A DNA stretch of 64,000 nt from a bacterium (GTDB taxonomy: Bacteria; Electryoneota; Electryoneia; Electryoneales; Electryoneaceae), in assembly GCA_963669175.1 (NCBI GenBank), contig OY769902.1, positions 704,001-768,000 on the forward strand. Reading direction: 5' to 3'. Below the pieces are notes generated by a model. The model was not told the DNA's origin and searched no databases. It worked only from the letters and a program-made list of their open reading frames with translations. Shown one piece after another: positions 47,959-58,198 of the stretch. The translations under genes and the position numbers were made by a program. Positions within the stretch are counted from its first letter, which is position 1. Each line of letters starts with the position of its first letter.

Positions 47959-49779
47959 ATGGACCGTAAAAGCATTTTTGCCATGTTGCTGGTAGGGTTA
48001 ATCCTGATTCTCTGGAAGCCCTATGTGGACTGGGTAAATCCGCCTGCAGAAGAGGAAGCCACAGAAGCTGTCACTTCTGATGTGGCGCATTCAACCAGAC
48101 CGGAAGGATTGGCAGATATACCTGAATCACAACCCCCGGCCAGGGATCAGGCTGCCCCTGTTGCACCAGTACCAACCACCCCAGAAGACACGGATACAAC
48201 AGCTCAGGCCTGGTTTACGGCGGATCCTTTTGATGCCGGCGAAGATGTTGTTATTGAAACACCGCTATACCGTGCAACCTTTGATACTCGCGGTGCGAGA
48301 ATTACTTCCTGGATCATTAAACCGACAGAACCTTATCTCCATAAACCACCGGTATTGGACTTGGTTAGAAGTCGTGATCAGGACCAGAATCTAACTCTTA
48401 CCGCAGAAATACGTGGTCAGCGACGCATCTTCAATACAGGCACAAAGCTTTTCGAGGCCAGCACAAAGAACCTGGTTTTATCTGAAACAGACAGTTCCGG
48501 CACGGTTGAATTTACCCTGTTCTTGGGACCAAATACCTGGTATCGCGAAACATATGTGTTCCACGCAGATCGTTATGCAGTAGATATCTACCTGGAAAGT
48601 AATGGTTTCGGCGCTTTGACCGGCGCTATGCAGGTTGCGTTTGGCTGGGGTGGCGGTATGGCACACACTGAACCTGACACCGCCCAGGATTTGTACTACA
48701 CCGAAGCTTTCTACCTGATGGGTGGCGAAAAAGAAACCTTCAAAACCAAAGGCAAGGAAGTTGACGAAGAAATCCCCATGGGTAACACACGCTGGGTAGC
48801 GCAGCGTTCCAAATATTTCCTTATGGCCCTGGTGCCAGAAAAGCCTGCCATGGGCGCACGCATGTATACCTGGCCAGATGAACGCTACAAGGGTAAATAT
48901 CTACCGAAACTGTTCGAAACAGACCTCTTGATCGGAATTCCCCAGGGTGATTTGAATCGTCATATCACCATGTATTTTGGCCCACTGGAACAACATGCTA
49001 TCACGGCCGTTGATCCGACTCTTGAACAGACCATGTCCTGGGGTTGGCCGATTATTAAGCCGTTCTCGAAGATTATTCTCTGGACTCTGATCTTCCTGCA
49101 CAAATATATCCCGAATTACGGCCTTGTGTTGATCCTGTTCTCGATCATGATCAAGCTGATTGTATGGCCCTTGACCCACAAATCTTATCAATCCACCAAA
49201 CGCATGCAGATGCTTCAACCTTTGATGAAGCAGATCCAGGCAAAGTATAAGAGCGACCCGCAGAAGATGAATGCCGAAGTGATGGGCTTATATAAGACTT
49301 ATAAGGTGAATCCCGCGGGCGGTTGCTGGCCGATGTTGCTTCAGATGCCGCTTCTGTATGGTCTGTTTATTGTCTTCCGCTCTACCATTGAATTACGCAA
49401 TATGCCTTTCGTGTTGTGGATCAATGACTTGTCCCAGCCGGATGTATTGTTCAACCTACCGTTCTCTATCCCGCTTTACGGCGATCATGTGGCGGTGTTG
49501 CCGTTTGTGATGGCGCTGTCTACGTTCCTGCAAATGCGCTCCACAACGACTGATCCGAACCAGAAGATGATGGCCTACATGATGCCGGGTATGTTTATCT
49601 TCCTGTTTAACCAGTTTCCAAGCGGTCTAACCCTTTACTATACCCTGTTTAACCTGTTAAGTTGGGGACAACAGAAGCTGATGAAGGTTTCGGATCCGGG
49701 TATGGAGAAAGCAATTGATGACGCCATTGCTGATCTGGAGAAACATGGCAAAGGGAAAAAGGGTAAAAAGAAGCAGTAA
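47959..49779 (+). CDS. yidC: Membrane protein insertase
   Basis: NYGLVLILFS, VNPAGGCWPMLLQMP, LWINDLSQPD, PSGLTLY. Confidence 0.96.
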   Translation: MDRKSIFAMLLVGLILILWKPYVDWVNPPAEEEATEAVTSDVAHSTRPEGLADIPESQPPARDQAAPVAPVPTTPEDTDTTAQAWFTADPFDAGEDVVIETPLYRATFDTRGARITSWIIKPTEPYLHKPPVLDLVRSRDQDQNLTLTAEIRGQRRIFNTGTKLFEASTKNLVLSETDSSGTVEFTLFLGPNTWYRETYVFHADRYAVDIYLESNGFGALTGAMQVAFGWGGGMAHTEPDTAQDLYYTEAFYLMGGEKETFKTKGKEVDEEIPMGNTRWVAQRSKYFLMALVPEKPAMGARMYTWPDERYKGKYLPKLFETDLLIGIPQGDLNRHITMYFGPLEQHAITAVDPTLEQTMSWGWPIIKPFSKIILWTLIFLHKYIPNYGLVLILFSIMIKLIVWPLTHKSYQSTKRMQMLQPLMKQIQAKYKSDPQKMNAEVMGLYKTYKVNPAGGCWPMLLQMPLLYGLFIVFRSTIELRNMPFVLWINDLSQPDVLFNLPFSIPLYGDHVAVLPFVMALSTFLQMRSTTTDPNQKMMAYMMPGMFIFLFNQFPSGLTLYYTLFNLLSWGQQKLMKVSDPGMEKAIDDAIADLEKHGKGKKGKKKQ

Positions 49780-49805
49780 CCGGCAGGTTTGATTTAGCGT
49801 GCAAC

Positions 49806-49840
49806 ACCCGGCCGGATTATTTTGTGGCCGGGTTTCTTTT
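49806..49840 (+). terminator. Possible terminator hairpin after yidC
   Basis: ACCCGGCC...GGCCGGGT followed by TTCTTTT. Confidence 0.55.
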
Positions 49841-49849
49841 GGGTAAAAG

Positions 49850-51190
49850 ATGAACTATTCGACGACAGATACGATTGCGGCAATTTCTTCCGGGCAGCAC
49901 CCGCAAGCTATTGGTATCATTCGTCTTTCCGGGCCGGAATCCTGGACTATCGCGCAGCAACTGGTCGGATCGGACTCGCTGTTCAGTGCGCAAAAGGCAA
50001 CACAACGTGACCTGCTTGAGGCTGACTCTTCACTACTTGACCAGGCTGTAATTCTCCCCTGGAAAAGCCCACATTCTTATACTGGTGAAGATATTATAGA
50101 ATTGATGTGTCATGGTTCCCCGGTTGTTCTGCACATGGTTCTGGACAGGTGTATTAAACTTGGCGCACGTCAGGCCGAGCCGGGCGAATTCACCCTGCGT
50201 GCGTTTCTGAATGGCAAACTGTCGCTGGACCAGGCAGAAGCTGTTGAACGTCTGATTGCTTCGAAGACTACCGCTTCGGCTCAAAGCGCCGTGCGTCAAT
50301 TAAACCGCGGGTTACGCGACCGTGTTGCAGCAATCTATGAAGAGGCGTTATCCCTTCGTACCTATATCGCATCATCGATTGATTTTATTGAGCAGGAACT
50401 GGAGCTGATTTCGCCAGCTCAGGTCATTGATATTATTACCGATGCGAACAGTCGCATATCTGAATTGATCAAGCAGTATGCTGCGGGCCGGGTTTTGTCA
50501 CAGGGCGCCACTGTTGTGCTGGCCGGACCTCCTAATTCCGGAAAAAGCACATTGTTAAATACGTTGAGTGGACAGAACCGTGCCATTATCAGCGATATCC
50601 CTGGAACCACACGTGATTTCATTGATGTTGTACTTGATTGGGGTGGTGTTCCGGTTAGATTGATTGATACGGCAGGGCTCCATGAAGCTACCGAATCTAT
50701 TGAAACTGAAGGTGTTGGGCGTGCCAGGGACTTGATGAATACGGCGGATGTTGTGATCTGGCTGAAATCGCCTCCAGAATATCAGGATATACCGAAAGAA
50801 TTGGATGCATCGGCTGTTGTTTTCCCCGTGTTGTCGAAGTGTGACCTGGATGAGGTAAATGAACTTACCTCTGACAACCTGTTGAAGGTCAGCGGAAAGA
50901 CCGGGTTTGGCCTGGCAGAGCTGCGTACGGAAATCCTGAACCACCTGCTATCGGGCTATGATCCTTCGGACGTGGTGGTTGCTGAACAGCGTCATCATGA
51001 TTTACTTATCTCGGCAAATAGTGCCTTGCTGCGCGCTGAAAAGTTGGTATCCATAAGTAATCTGGATCAGGCGGAACTGATTGACACAGAACTCACCACC
51101 ACCCTTGAATCACTCAACGGGATTCTCGGGGGCAACCACACCGAGGAATTGCTCAATTCCATATTTTCTCGTTTCTGTATCGGGAAGTAA
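49850..51190 (+). CDS. mnmE: tRNA modification GTPase
   Basis: DTIAAIS, SYTGED, AEPGEFTLRAFLNGK, GPPNSGKSTL, GTTRD, DTAG, FCIGK. Confidence 0.96.
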   Translation: MNYSTTDTIAAISSGQHPQAIGIIRLSGPESWTIAQQLVGSDSLFSAQKATQRDLLEADSSLLDQAVILPWKSPHSYTGEDIIELMCHGSPVVLHMVLDRCIKLGARQAEPGEFTLRAFLNGKLSLDQAEAVERLIASKTTASAQSAVRQLNRGLRDRVAAIYEEALSLRTYIASSIDFIEQELELISPAQVIDIITDANSRISELIKQYAAGRVLSQGATVVLAGPPNSGKSTLLNTLSGQNRAIISDIPGTTRDFIDVVLDWGGVPVRLIDTAGLHEATESIETEGVGRARDLMNTADVVIWLKSPPEYQDIPKELDASAVVFPVLSKCDLDEVNELTSDNLLKVSGKTGFGLAELRTEILNHLLSGYDPSDVVVAEQRHHDLLISANSALLRAEKLVSISNLDQAELIDTELTTTLESLNGILGGNHTEELLNSIFSRFCIGK

Positions 51191-51192
51191 GA

Positions 51193-51208
51193 TGTTTCAC
51201 GTGAAACA
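51193..51208. promoter_or_regulatory. parS centromere site (perfect)
   Basis: TGTTTCACGTGAAACA, with the palindrome extending to GATGTTTCACGTGAAACATC. Confidence 0.92.
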
Positions 51209-51330
51209 TCTCCTATCTCCTGTTATTGTTTCATTCTCCCAAACCTCCGGGTTCCCTCCAAATCTCATTTGCGGCAACCCGGGTAAAGTTGTACCTTGTG
51301 CGCCTTGACAAGCGGAGAAAGCTGACGGTC

Positions 51331-53187
51331 ATGATTGAAGTATTGGTAATAGGAGGCGGCCACGCCGGGGTAGAAGCGGCCGCAGCAGCAGCACGCGTTG
51401 GGGTTGACGTCACCCTGATGACGCAGGATCGTCATGCCCTCGCGCGCCTCTCATGTAATCCCGCCATGGGTGGCACCGCCAAAGGACAACTCATCAAGGA
51501 AATTGATGCGCTCGGTGGTGTCATGCCTCTCGCGACCGATCTCTCCGCGATTCAGTACCGCATGTTGAACCGTTCCAAAGGCCCCGCCGTCTGGTCGCCA
51601 CGCGCCCAGGTTGACCGCGATCTCTATACAACCGAACTCACACGTCTGATTCACGACCGCTACCCGGACATGGCTATCCTTGAAGATGAAGCAGTCGCTA
51701 TAAAAAAGAATGATGACGGCAGCTTTGTCGTGTCTGGTAAAAGCGGAAGCATCGTTCAAGCCAGCAAGGTTATTGTCTGTTCCGGCACTTTCCTTGGCGG
51801 GCTGGTGCATATTGGCCGACGGCACTGGGAATCCGGACGCTATATCGAAGAAGCCTCCACTGAATTAACCAATTCCCTTGAAAAACTGGGATTTCCGATC
51901 CGCAGGTTCAAGACCGGCACACCGCCACGTATTATCCGTGACACCATCGATTTCAGCCGCCTGGAACGTCAGGATGGTGACGAAGATCTCTGGTTTTTCA
52001 GTCACGAATCGACAGAACGTGTGTTGCCGCAATATCCCTGCTGGCGAGCCTACTCCAGCCCGGAAACACACGCCCTGGTCGCAGGAAATCTTGAAGATTC
52101 TCCCCTGTTCAACGGAACGATAAAATCCATCGGACCACGCTACTGCCCATCATTCGAGGATAAAATTGTCCGATTCCCGGACCGGGACAGGCATCCTTTG
52201 ATTCTGGAGCCTGAAGGGTTAGACGACAACTGGTATTACCTCAATGGTTTTTCCTCGAGTTTGCCGGAAGAAGTACAGCTTGCTGCCATTAGAACCGTTC
52301 CCGGGCTTGAAGAAATTCGTTTTGGTCGTCCCGGTTATGCCATTGAATATGACATGGTTCCACCGGAAGAGTTGAAACGTACACTTGAAACACGTCGTAT
52401 CCCCGGTCTGTATCTTGCCGGGCAGATCAACGGCACTTCCGGGTACGAAGAAGCTGGTGTTCAGGGATTGGTTGCGGGCGCAAATGCCGCGTTAACCTTT
52501 CGGAAACAGCCAATGTTGACCTTGGGGCGCGAAGATTCTTACACCGGTGTTTTGATTGACGATTTGCTGACCACCCACCCGGACGAACCCTATCGCATGT
52601 TCACCAGCCGCGCCGAGTTCAGGCTGTTATTGCGCCAGGATAACGCTGATGAACGACTTGGCGAAAAGGCTTTTGCTGCCGGTTTGATTTCAGAAGAACG
52701 GATTGAAGGAATACGGAAACGTGTTTCAGATCGCGATGCCTGGGTGGATATGTTGCGGACTCTGAATATCGCGCGAGGACAAATCCTGGAGAATGATCCA
52801 GAGCCGGAGCGTGTGGAAAAGGCTTATCACCTGGTGAAACGTCCGGATGTTACCCTGGCAATGGTTCTGGATCAGGTTAATGGCGAGAGCGCTTCGCTTT
52901 CCTCGGAACCTTCCGTACTACGCGCTGTAGAAATTGAGATTGTCTACCAGGGATATTTGGATCGTCAGCGTCGTGAAGTAGAACGGCTTCGGGCTCAAGA
53001 GAACAGAAGTATTCCCCCATATCTGGATTTCAACACGCTTCCGGGATTATCAGCGGAAGCACGTGGCAAGTTGTTAAAACACCAGCCTGAGACTATCGGA
53101 CAGGCTTCACGATTGGCTGGAGTAACGCCATCCGATATTGCTTTGATCCTGGTTGCATTGAAGAAGTTGGAAAAGGAGAACGTGTAG
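51331..53187 (+). CDS. mnmG: tRNA uridine 5-carboxymethylaminomethyl modification enzyme (GidA)
   Basis: VIGGGHAGVEAA, SCNPAMGG, LNRSKGPAV, RFKTGTPPR, GPRYCPS, AGQINGTSGYEEA, YRMFTSRAE. Confidence 0.97.
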   Translation: MIEVLVIGGGHAGVEAAAAAARVGVDVTLMTQDRHALARLSCNPAMGGTAKGQLIKEIDALGGVMPLATDLSAIQYRMLNRSKGPAVWSPRAQVDRDLYTTELTRLIHDRYPDMAILEDEAVAIKKNDDGSFVVSGKSGSIVQASKVIVCSGTFLGGLVHIGRRHWESGRYIEEASTELTNSLEKLGFPIRRFKTGTPPRIIRDTIDFSRLERQDGDEDLWFFSHESTERVLPQYPCWRAYSSPETHALVAGNLEDSPLFNGTIKSIGPRYCPSFEDKIVRFPDRDRHPLILEPEGLDDNWYYLNGFSSSLPEEVQLAAIRTVPGLEEIRFGRPGYAIEYDMVPPEELKRTLETRRIPGLYLAGQINGTSGYEEAGVQGLVAGANAALTFRKQPMLTLGREDSYTGVLIDDLLTTHPDEPYRMFTSRAEFRLLLRQDNADERLGEKAFAAGLISEERIEGIRKRVSDRDAWVDMLRTLNIARGQILENDPEPERVEKAYHLVKRPDVTLAMVLDQVNGESASLSSEPSVLRAVEIEIVYQGYLDRQRREVERLRAQENRSIPPYLDFNTLPGLSAEARGKLLKHQPETIGQASRLAGVTPSDIALILVALKKLEKENV

Positions 53188-54086
53188 TGGCTTACAATAA
53201 ACCGTCTGATCGCAAATCTCGCCCCCAGCGGTCGAGGGACGGAAAAGACGGCAGACGTCGTCCCAACAAAAATGATAAAGGCGGAAAGCCTTTTCATAGT
53301 GGGACCGGCAAAGGCGTAAACGGTCCCAAACCGGAGCGAAAAGAGAACAAACCAGTTCAGGGAACCGTTGCGCCGGTGAAGAAGCGACTTGTACGTAAGG
53401 GTGGCGCAGCTCCTACGGATCCTATTCTTGAGTTGTTCCATACACCGGACCCAACACTTGATATGGAGACGATCACTACCCTGGTTCGGGAAGCAGGTGT
53501 CGAAGAGGTTGAAGAGCTACCCGAAAAGTATCTGAAGTATATTTCTCTCATTATCGAAATGAACGAGGAAATCAACCTGGTTTCACGTGCACGAACACAG
53601 TATGCAGCTCTTTTATCGCTTCTGGACAGTCTGACCGGTGCAATCAAGACAAGCCATCTGATGAACGAAGCCAGTCTATTGGACTTGGGCAGTGGTGGTG
53701 GTTTTCCCGGGATCGTATGCAAACTTTACGCGCCCGGTCTACATGTAACCTTACTGGATGCGCGCCGGGCAAAAGCGTTAGCCTTGAAACAAATATGTAC
53801 AGAGCTTGGGCTGGATGATGTTGTCGTTGCTCATGATCGCGCAGAGACTTTCCCGGACCATGAGGAAAGCAGGTTTGATCTTGTGACAATCCGTGGGGTT
53901 GGTTCTCTGAAAGAGACTTTGCCTATGGCCAGGCCACTCTTAAAACCTGAAGGAACAATCCTGGCCTGGAAGGGGCCGGAGGGGTTGCGTGAATTTCAGG
54001 ACGGACCACAGGAAGAATTTGACCTGATAAAACGTCATCATCTCACTTCGATCCGAAGCCTGTATGAGATCAAACTGAAAAGTTAG
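53187..54086 (+). CDS. rsmG: 16S rRNA m7G527 methyltransferase (GidB) with a basic N-terminal extension
   Basis: N..INLVS, DSL, LDLGSGGGFPGI, RAE, FDLVT.R. Confidence 0.9.
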   Translation: MAYNKPSDRKSRPQRSRDGKDGRRRPNKNDKGGKPFHSGTGKGVNGPKPERKENKPVQGTVAPVKKRLVRKGGAAPTDPILELFHTPDPTLDMETITTLVREAGVEEVEELPEKYLKYISLIIEMNEEINLVSRARTQYAALLSLLDSLTGAIKTSHLMNEASLLDLGSGGGFPGIVCKLYAPGLHVTLLDARRAKALALKQICTELGLDDVVVAHDRAETFPDHEESRFDLVTIRGVGSLKETLPMARPLLKPEGTILAWKGPEGLREFQDGPQEEFDLIKRHHLTSIRSLYEIKLKS

Positions 54087-54088
54087 AG

Positions 54089-54104
54089 TGTTTCACGTGA
54101 AACG
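54089..54104. promoter_or_regulatory. parS site (1 mismatch)
   Basis: TGTTTCACGTGAAACG immediately after the rsmG stop. Confidence 0.85.
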
Positions 54105-54118
54105 CTCGCAAGTATAGA

Positions 54119-54367
54119 TTATTCCATGCCGGGGTTGATTCCATCCTCGGTTTTTTCTTGGTATAACCTGTCATCGTGAGGGTAATGAGGTTCGTAATCG
54201 TCTTCCAGAATCCTGGCCACAATCGTTGAAATCAGAGCCACTACAATGGAAATCACCACCACCAGCATAAAGCGCTTTGTGTCTGTGCTGATCTTTGACC
54301 ACCAGCTTTTCTTCTTTCTAGTCTTTCTTCTTTGTCGGTACGTACTTTTGCTGCTTGGGCGTGGCAT
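54119..54367 (-). CDS. Small single-TM protein with basic N-terminus
   Basis: 82-aa ORF with K/R-rich N-terminus and one TM helix; AGGAG upstream is weak; overlaps the end of the wzy-like gene. Confidence 0.55.
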   Translation of the reverse strand: MPRPSSKSTYRQRRKTRKKKSWWSKISTDTKRFMLVVVISIVVALISTIVARILEDDYEPHYPHDDRLYQEKTEDGINPGME

Positions 54368-55853
54368 TCAGGATTCTCCCGGTCAAGAACGAAATCTGAT
54401 GAGGCTGGATTGGTTGCTCTTCCTCCAGCTCATCGTCGCCACGTTTTTTACGTTCTTCCGCTTCCAGAAGTTCCGGCAACGCAACGACAAGCGCTAACAG
54501 AAACCAGAATGGTTCCATGACACGCACAATTATAAATGTATTAGCTCCAACCGCGTGGAGCAACAGCCCCCAATACCCTGCGATGAACCCCATGATCATG
54601 CCATGATATAGCGGATATTTTTTGTAGGTTACCATATCAAGGCTGCGTTTCGCCGTTCGGTGGATGGAAATAAGGAGACCAAAGAAGAAGAGAAACCCTA
54701 TGGCTCCTGTCTCGGCCAGTACGCGGAAATACTGGGCATCTTTGAAGCCGACACCGGTAACCCCCCACCCGAAGAAAGGACGTTCCGACCATTGCGCCAG
54801 TGTTGTGGACCAGGATTGGATACGTTCCGATGTAGAAGGGTCCAGTGATGTGTCCCCTACTTTTACAACGTCATCGCGTATCTGGTTTTCCGGTGAAAAA
54901 GTGTACTCAACGCGATTCCAGACTGATTCCGGCATGATGATCGGGAGGAAAAGCATGGCCACCATACACAGCGCAATGATCGTCTTGCGTTTTTCCGAAT
55001 AGTAAATCAAGCCGACTATGGCAGGAAACAACGACATCCAGGAAGATCTGGACAGTGTATAGGCGAATGGGATAAGCATTATAAATACGGCGGCGGCCAT
55101 CTGGAAAAGCCGTTTTGCGCGTTTCTGCCCGGTCATCATCCCCATTACGACAGCCATGATTAATACCAGGTACCCGCCAAGCGTGTTGGCCTCTCCCCCC
55201 TCCCCTTCGAATGGTGCGGACACACGAACCCCGCTGGGAATCTGGCTCATTGCATACAGGCTGACTATAATTGCTGTTACAATAATTAACTTAACATATC
55301 TTCGCAATGTTTCCATATCTGTTACGTGTGATATAACCATAAAGTAAATTAAATAGTATTGAAAATATTTAACATTATATAAGATACCTATTAAAGGCTT
55401 TACATCACCAAAAAATACGCCTAGAATGGTAGAAAAGAGGCTGGCGCCTATATACAGGAAGATTGGACGATTAAGAGGCGAATGCCTGAATATTCCCAAA
55501 TCTTTATTCACAGCCGTTTTTATCAGCCATGAAAACATGATCAATCCCAGCATCAGGTCATCAATACGAACGACAACCCCGCGATGCGACATCTGCCCCT
55601 GCCCCCCGGCGGAACCAACATTGAATTCCGGGGACAACAACATGGAGAGGATTAGAATAATCAGGGCAAAATCGGTATTCAGGAAGGCGAACAGAAAAAT
55701 TCCCATCCCGAGCACAACCATGATCGCCAGGCCTTCACTCATACCTACAAGGCTGCTGACTCCAAAGGCGAGCACCATCAAGACGAGGAAACCAGCTATG
55801 GCAACCAGACGTGTGTTTGGTCCGGAGATGGTATCACTGCCTGGCAACGGCAT
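54318..55853 (-). CDS. O-antigen ligase/Wzy polymerase family membrane protein
   Basis: About 12 TM helices; EANTLGGYL, TLSRSSW, R...W...PFFGWG, LAETGAIG. Confidence 0.85.
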   Translation of the reverse strand: MPLPGSDTISGPNTRLVAIAGFLVLMVLAFGVSSLVGMSEGLAIMVVLGMGIFLFAFLNTDFALIILILSMLLSPEFNVGSAGGQGQMSHRGVVVRIDDLMLGLIMFSWLIKTAVNKDLGIFRHSPLNRPIFLYIGASLFSTILGVFFGDVKPLIGILYNVKYFQYYLIYFMVISHVTDMETLRRYVKLIIVTAIIVSLYAMSQIPSGVRVSAPFEGEGGEANTLGGYLVLIMAVVMGMMTGQKRAKRLFQMAAAVFIMLIPFAYTLSRSSWMSLFPAIVGLIYYSEKRKTIIALCMVAMLFLPIIMPESVWNRVEYTFSPENQIRDDVVKVGDTSLDPSTSERIQSWSTTLAQWSERPFFGWGVTGVGFKDAQYFRVLAETGAIGFLFFFGLLISIHRTAKRSLDMVTYKKYPLYHGMIMGFIAGYWGLLLHAVGANTFIIVRVMEPFWFLLALVVALPELLEAEERKKRGDDELEEEQPIQPHQISFLTGRILNATPKQQKYVPTKKKD

Positions 55854-55858
55854 GATGA

Positions 55859-58180
55859 TTATCCCCTGCGACGGCGCTTACGGCCGCCACCAAGACCTTT
55901 GATACGATCCAGGAGGGTACCTTTACGACGTGATCCTTCACCAACAATCTCGTCCTGACGGCGATCGGTGGAACCGTAATAACGTCCGTAGTAGTAGTGG
56001 GAACCGGAGTATCCGGCGATATTAGCTTTCAGGTCGTTTAACACAATGCCCAGCACTGTTGCGCCAACCGCTTCCAACTGCACCTTGGCACGCTTCAGTG
56101 CGGCGCGTGGCACTTTCCCGGTACGATAGATCAACACTGTCGCATCGGCACGGTTAGCCAGGATGGACGAGTCTGTTACCGGCAATACCGGCGGGCAGTC
56201 AAGCAATACCAGGTCATATTCTTCGCGGGCTTCATCCAGGAACGCTTTCATCCGTTTCGAACCAAGCATTTCCGCCGGGTTGGGCGGAATACCACCACTG
56301 GTAATGATGTGCAGGTTTTCCATGCCCGGGGTCATCAGGATTGAATCCATCCCAAGACCGCCGATCAGCATATCCGTCACACCTTTAACCGTATCATGCC
56401 AGTCCATACGCCCCAGCACGATATCCGTCACACCATTTTCCTGTTCCAGCCCGAATGTTTTGTAAATCGTCGGACGACGCAGGTTGCATCCTACAAGCAG
56501 GATCTTTACACCGTCCTGGGCGAGCGTAAGGGCCAGGTTGACCAGTGTGGTCGATTTACCTTCCTGCAGGGCCGCAGAAGTCGCTACAATCGTCCTGATG
56601 GGACGATTAATGGAACGGAACTGCAATGTAGTACGCAACGTCCTGTAGGCTTCGGCAACCGGGTCTTTGGGCGCAAACTGCACAACGAGACGCGCAATGG
56701 ATTCCAGGTGCGGATTCTCTTCCATTGCCGGGTTGCTTCTCAGCAGACGGTCAATCACAGAATCAATATCAATATTGGGAATGACACCCAGTACAGGCAC
56801 CTGCAGGTATTCTTCCACATCTTCAATCGTACCGATGGATGTGTCGAAGGTTTCAAAAAGCAGTGCAAGCACAAGACCCAGCATCAAGCCGATCACGATA
56901 CCAACGCCCAGTGTACGGCCCATATTGATGTTGATCGGCTTTTCACTAAGCATGGCTGGACGCACGATCACAACTTCTTCGGCCTGGTCAGCTTCCCTGA
57001 TCCTGGCTTCCAGCAATTTTTCACTCAGGAAATCGTATTGCTCCGCACGCAGGTCAACTGTACGCACCAGTTGCACATACCGCCGTTGCGTCTCCGGAAC
57101 CTTATCCAGAATACTCTCCTTCATGTTGATATAATCCTGCAGAGAATCCATCTGCATGACATACACATCAAGGTTGCCACGGACTTCATGCCTTAGGTCG
57201 GCCAGAAGCCTTTCGATACGTTTTTCCAGTTCCACCAGGAGCGGGTAATCCGGCTTGTAGCGTTCCAGCATATTCCGTTTCTGGATCTCAAGCTGAATCA
57301 ATTCATTGTTAAGAATGCCAAGCGGTCCATCACCCTGTGGTGTACTGATCCAGGTCAAGGTTATGGTATCGCCTGCGCTGATTACAACACGTGGCGGTAC
57401 GCTTGATGTATCACTCCACATCATCGGTTCGATGACCGGTTTCCCGAGACGCAGATCGATCTGGTCCAATTGTATCTGGAGTTCTTTGATATCGGCTTCA
57501 ATGATCCGCTCTTCTTCTTTGAGCTGGATCAATTCTTCCATGCGGATACGAACATGCTCATCAACAACGGGGTAAGGATTCTGTTCCCGGAACCATTTTA
57601 GAGCAAGTTCGGCGTTCTGTAGCAGTGAATCGGAATGGTTTACCTGGCGTTCGATAAAGACACGTGTATCGCGGTCCTGCTTGGCTTTCTGAGCCTTATG
57701 ACGATATACAAATTCTTCCGCCAGGTACTGCGCCATATCTCGCGCTTCACGCGGATCGCTGGATGTCACAAAGATGTCAATGATATTAGTTCGGCCGCTC
57801 CTTTCGGTGCTGACCTTACCTATCATATTATTAATTCTTCGAGATAAGCGTGGATCATTACGCACATCCATGCTTGTCATGGTAGAGTCGACAATATCCA
57901 TTCGTCGCGCAACTGCTTCCATTACGGGGAAGCTGCGTATCAACTCCTCCGCCGTCTCGATATTATCCCAGCGGGAATACGTCAGGCGTTGAAGCAGAAG
58001 TCCGGCAACGGTGCTGGTTTCCTCGATCTTCACCGAAGAAAAAGTAGTGTACAGCGGGATACGTGACTTACCGAAGAAGAAGCTGAACCCGGCAACCAGA
58101 ATCGTAGAAAAGAGGATCACCTTCCATCTGCGACGGAAGATCCTCTGGTAATCACGTAAATTCAGGTCGTATTGCGCCAT
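55859..58180 (-). CDS. wzc: Wzc-type polysaccharide co-polymerase / tyrosine autokinase
   Basis: Wzz-like N-terminus; AEAYRTLRT, QEGKST, PPNPAEML, DCPPVL; C-terminal Tyr cluster YSGSHYYYGRYY. Confidence 0.93.
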   Translation of the reverse strand: MAQYDLNLRDYQRIFRRRWKVILFSTILVAGFSFFFGKSRIPLYTTFSSVKIEETSTVAGLLLQRLTYSRWDNIETAEELIRSFPVMEAVARRMDIVDSTMTSMDVRNDPRLSRRINNMIGKVSTERSGRTNIIDIFVTSSDPREARDMAQYLAEEFVYRHKAQKAKQDRDTRVFIERQVNHSDSLLQNAELALKWFREQNPYPVVDEHVRIRMEELIQLKEEERIIEADIKELQIQLDQIDLRLGKPVIEPMMWSDTSSVPPRVVISAGDTITLTWISTPQGDGPLGILNNELIQLEIQKRNMLERYKPDYPLLVELEKRIERLLADLRHEVRGNLDVYVMQMDSLQDYINMKESILDKVPETQRRYVQLVRTVDLRAEQYDFLSEKLLEARIREADQAEEVVIVRPAMLSEKPININMGRTLGVGIVIGLMLGLVLALLFETFDTSIGTIEDVEEYLQVPVLGVIPNIDIDSVIDRLLRSNPAMEENPHLESIARLVVQFAPKDPVAEAYRTLRTTLQFRSINRPIRTIVATSAALQEGKSTTLVNLALTLAQDGVKILLVGCNLRRPTIYKTFGLEQENGVTDIVLGRMDWHDTVKGVTDMLIGGLGMDSILMTPGMENLHIITSGGIPPNPAEMLGSKRMKAFLDEAREEYDLVLLDCPPVLPVTDSSILANRADATVLIYRTGKVPRAALKRAKVQLEAVGATVLGIVLNDLKANIAGYSGSHYYYGRYYGSTDRRQDEIVGEGSRRKGTLLDRIKGLGGGRKRRRRG

Positions 58181-58198
58181 GGATTTTCTTCTCCAGCG

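Noticed and set aside
53579-53594. Third parS inside rsmG (GGTTTCACGTGCACGA)
   Set aside because: Right arm has several mismatches; probably chance.
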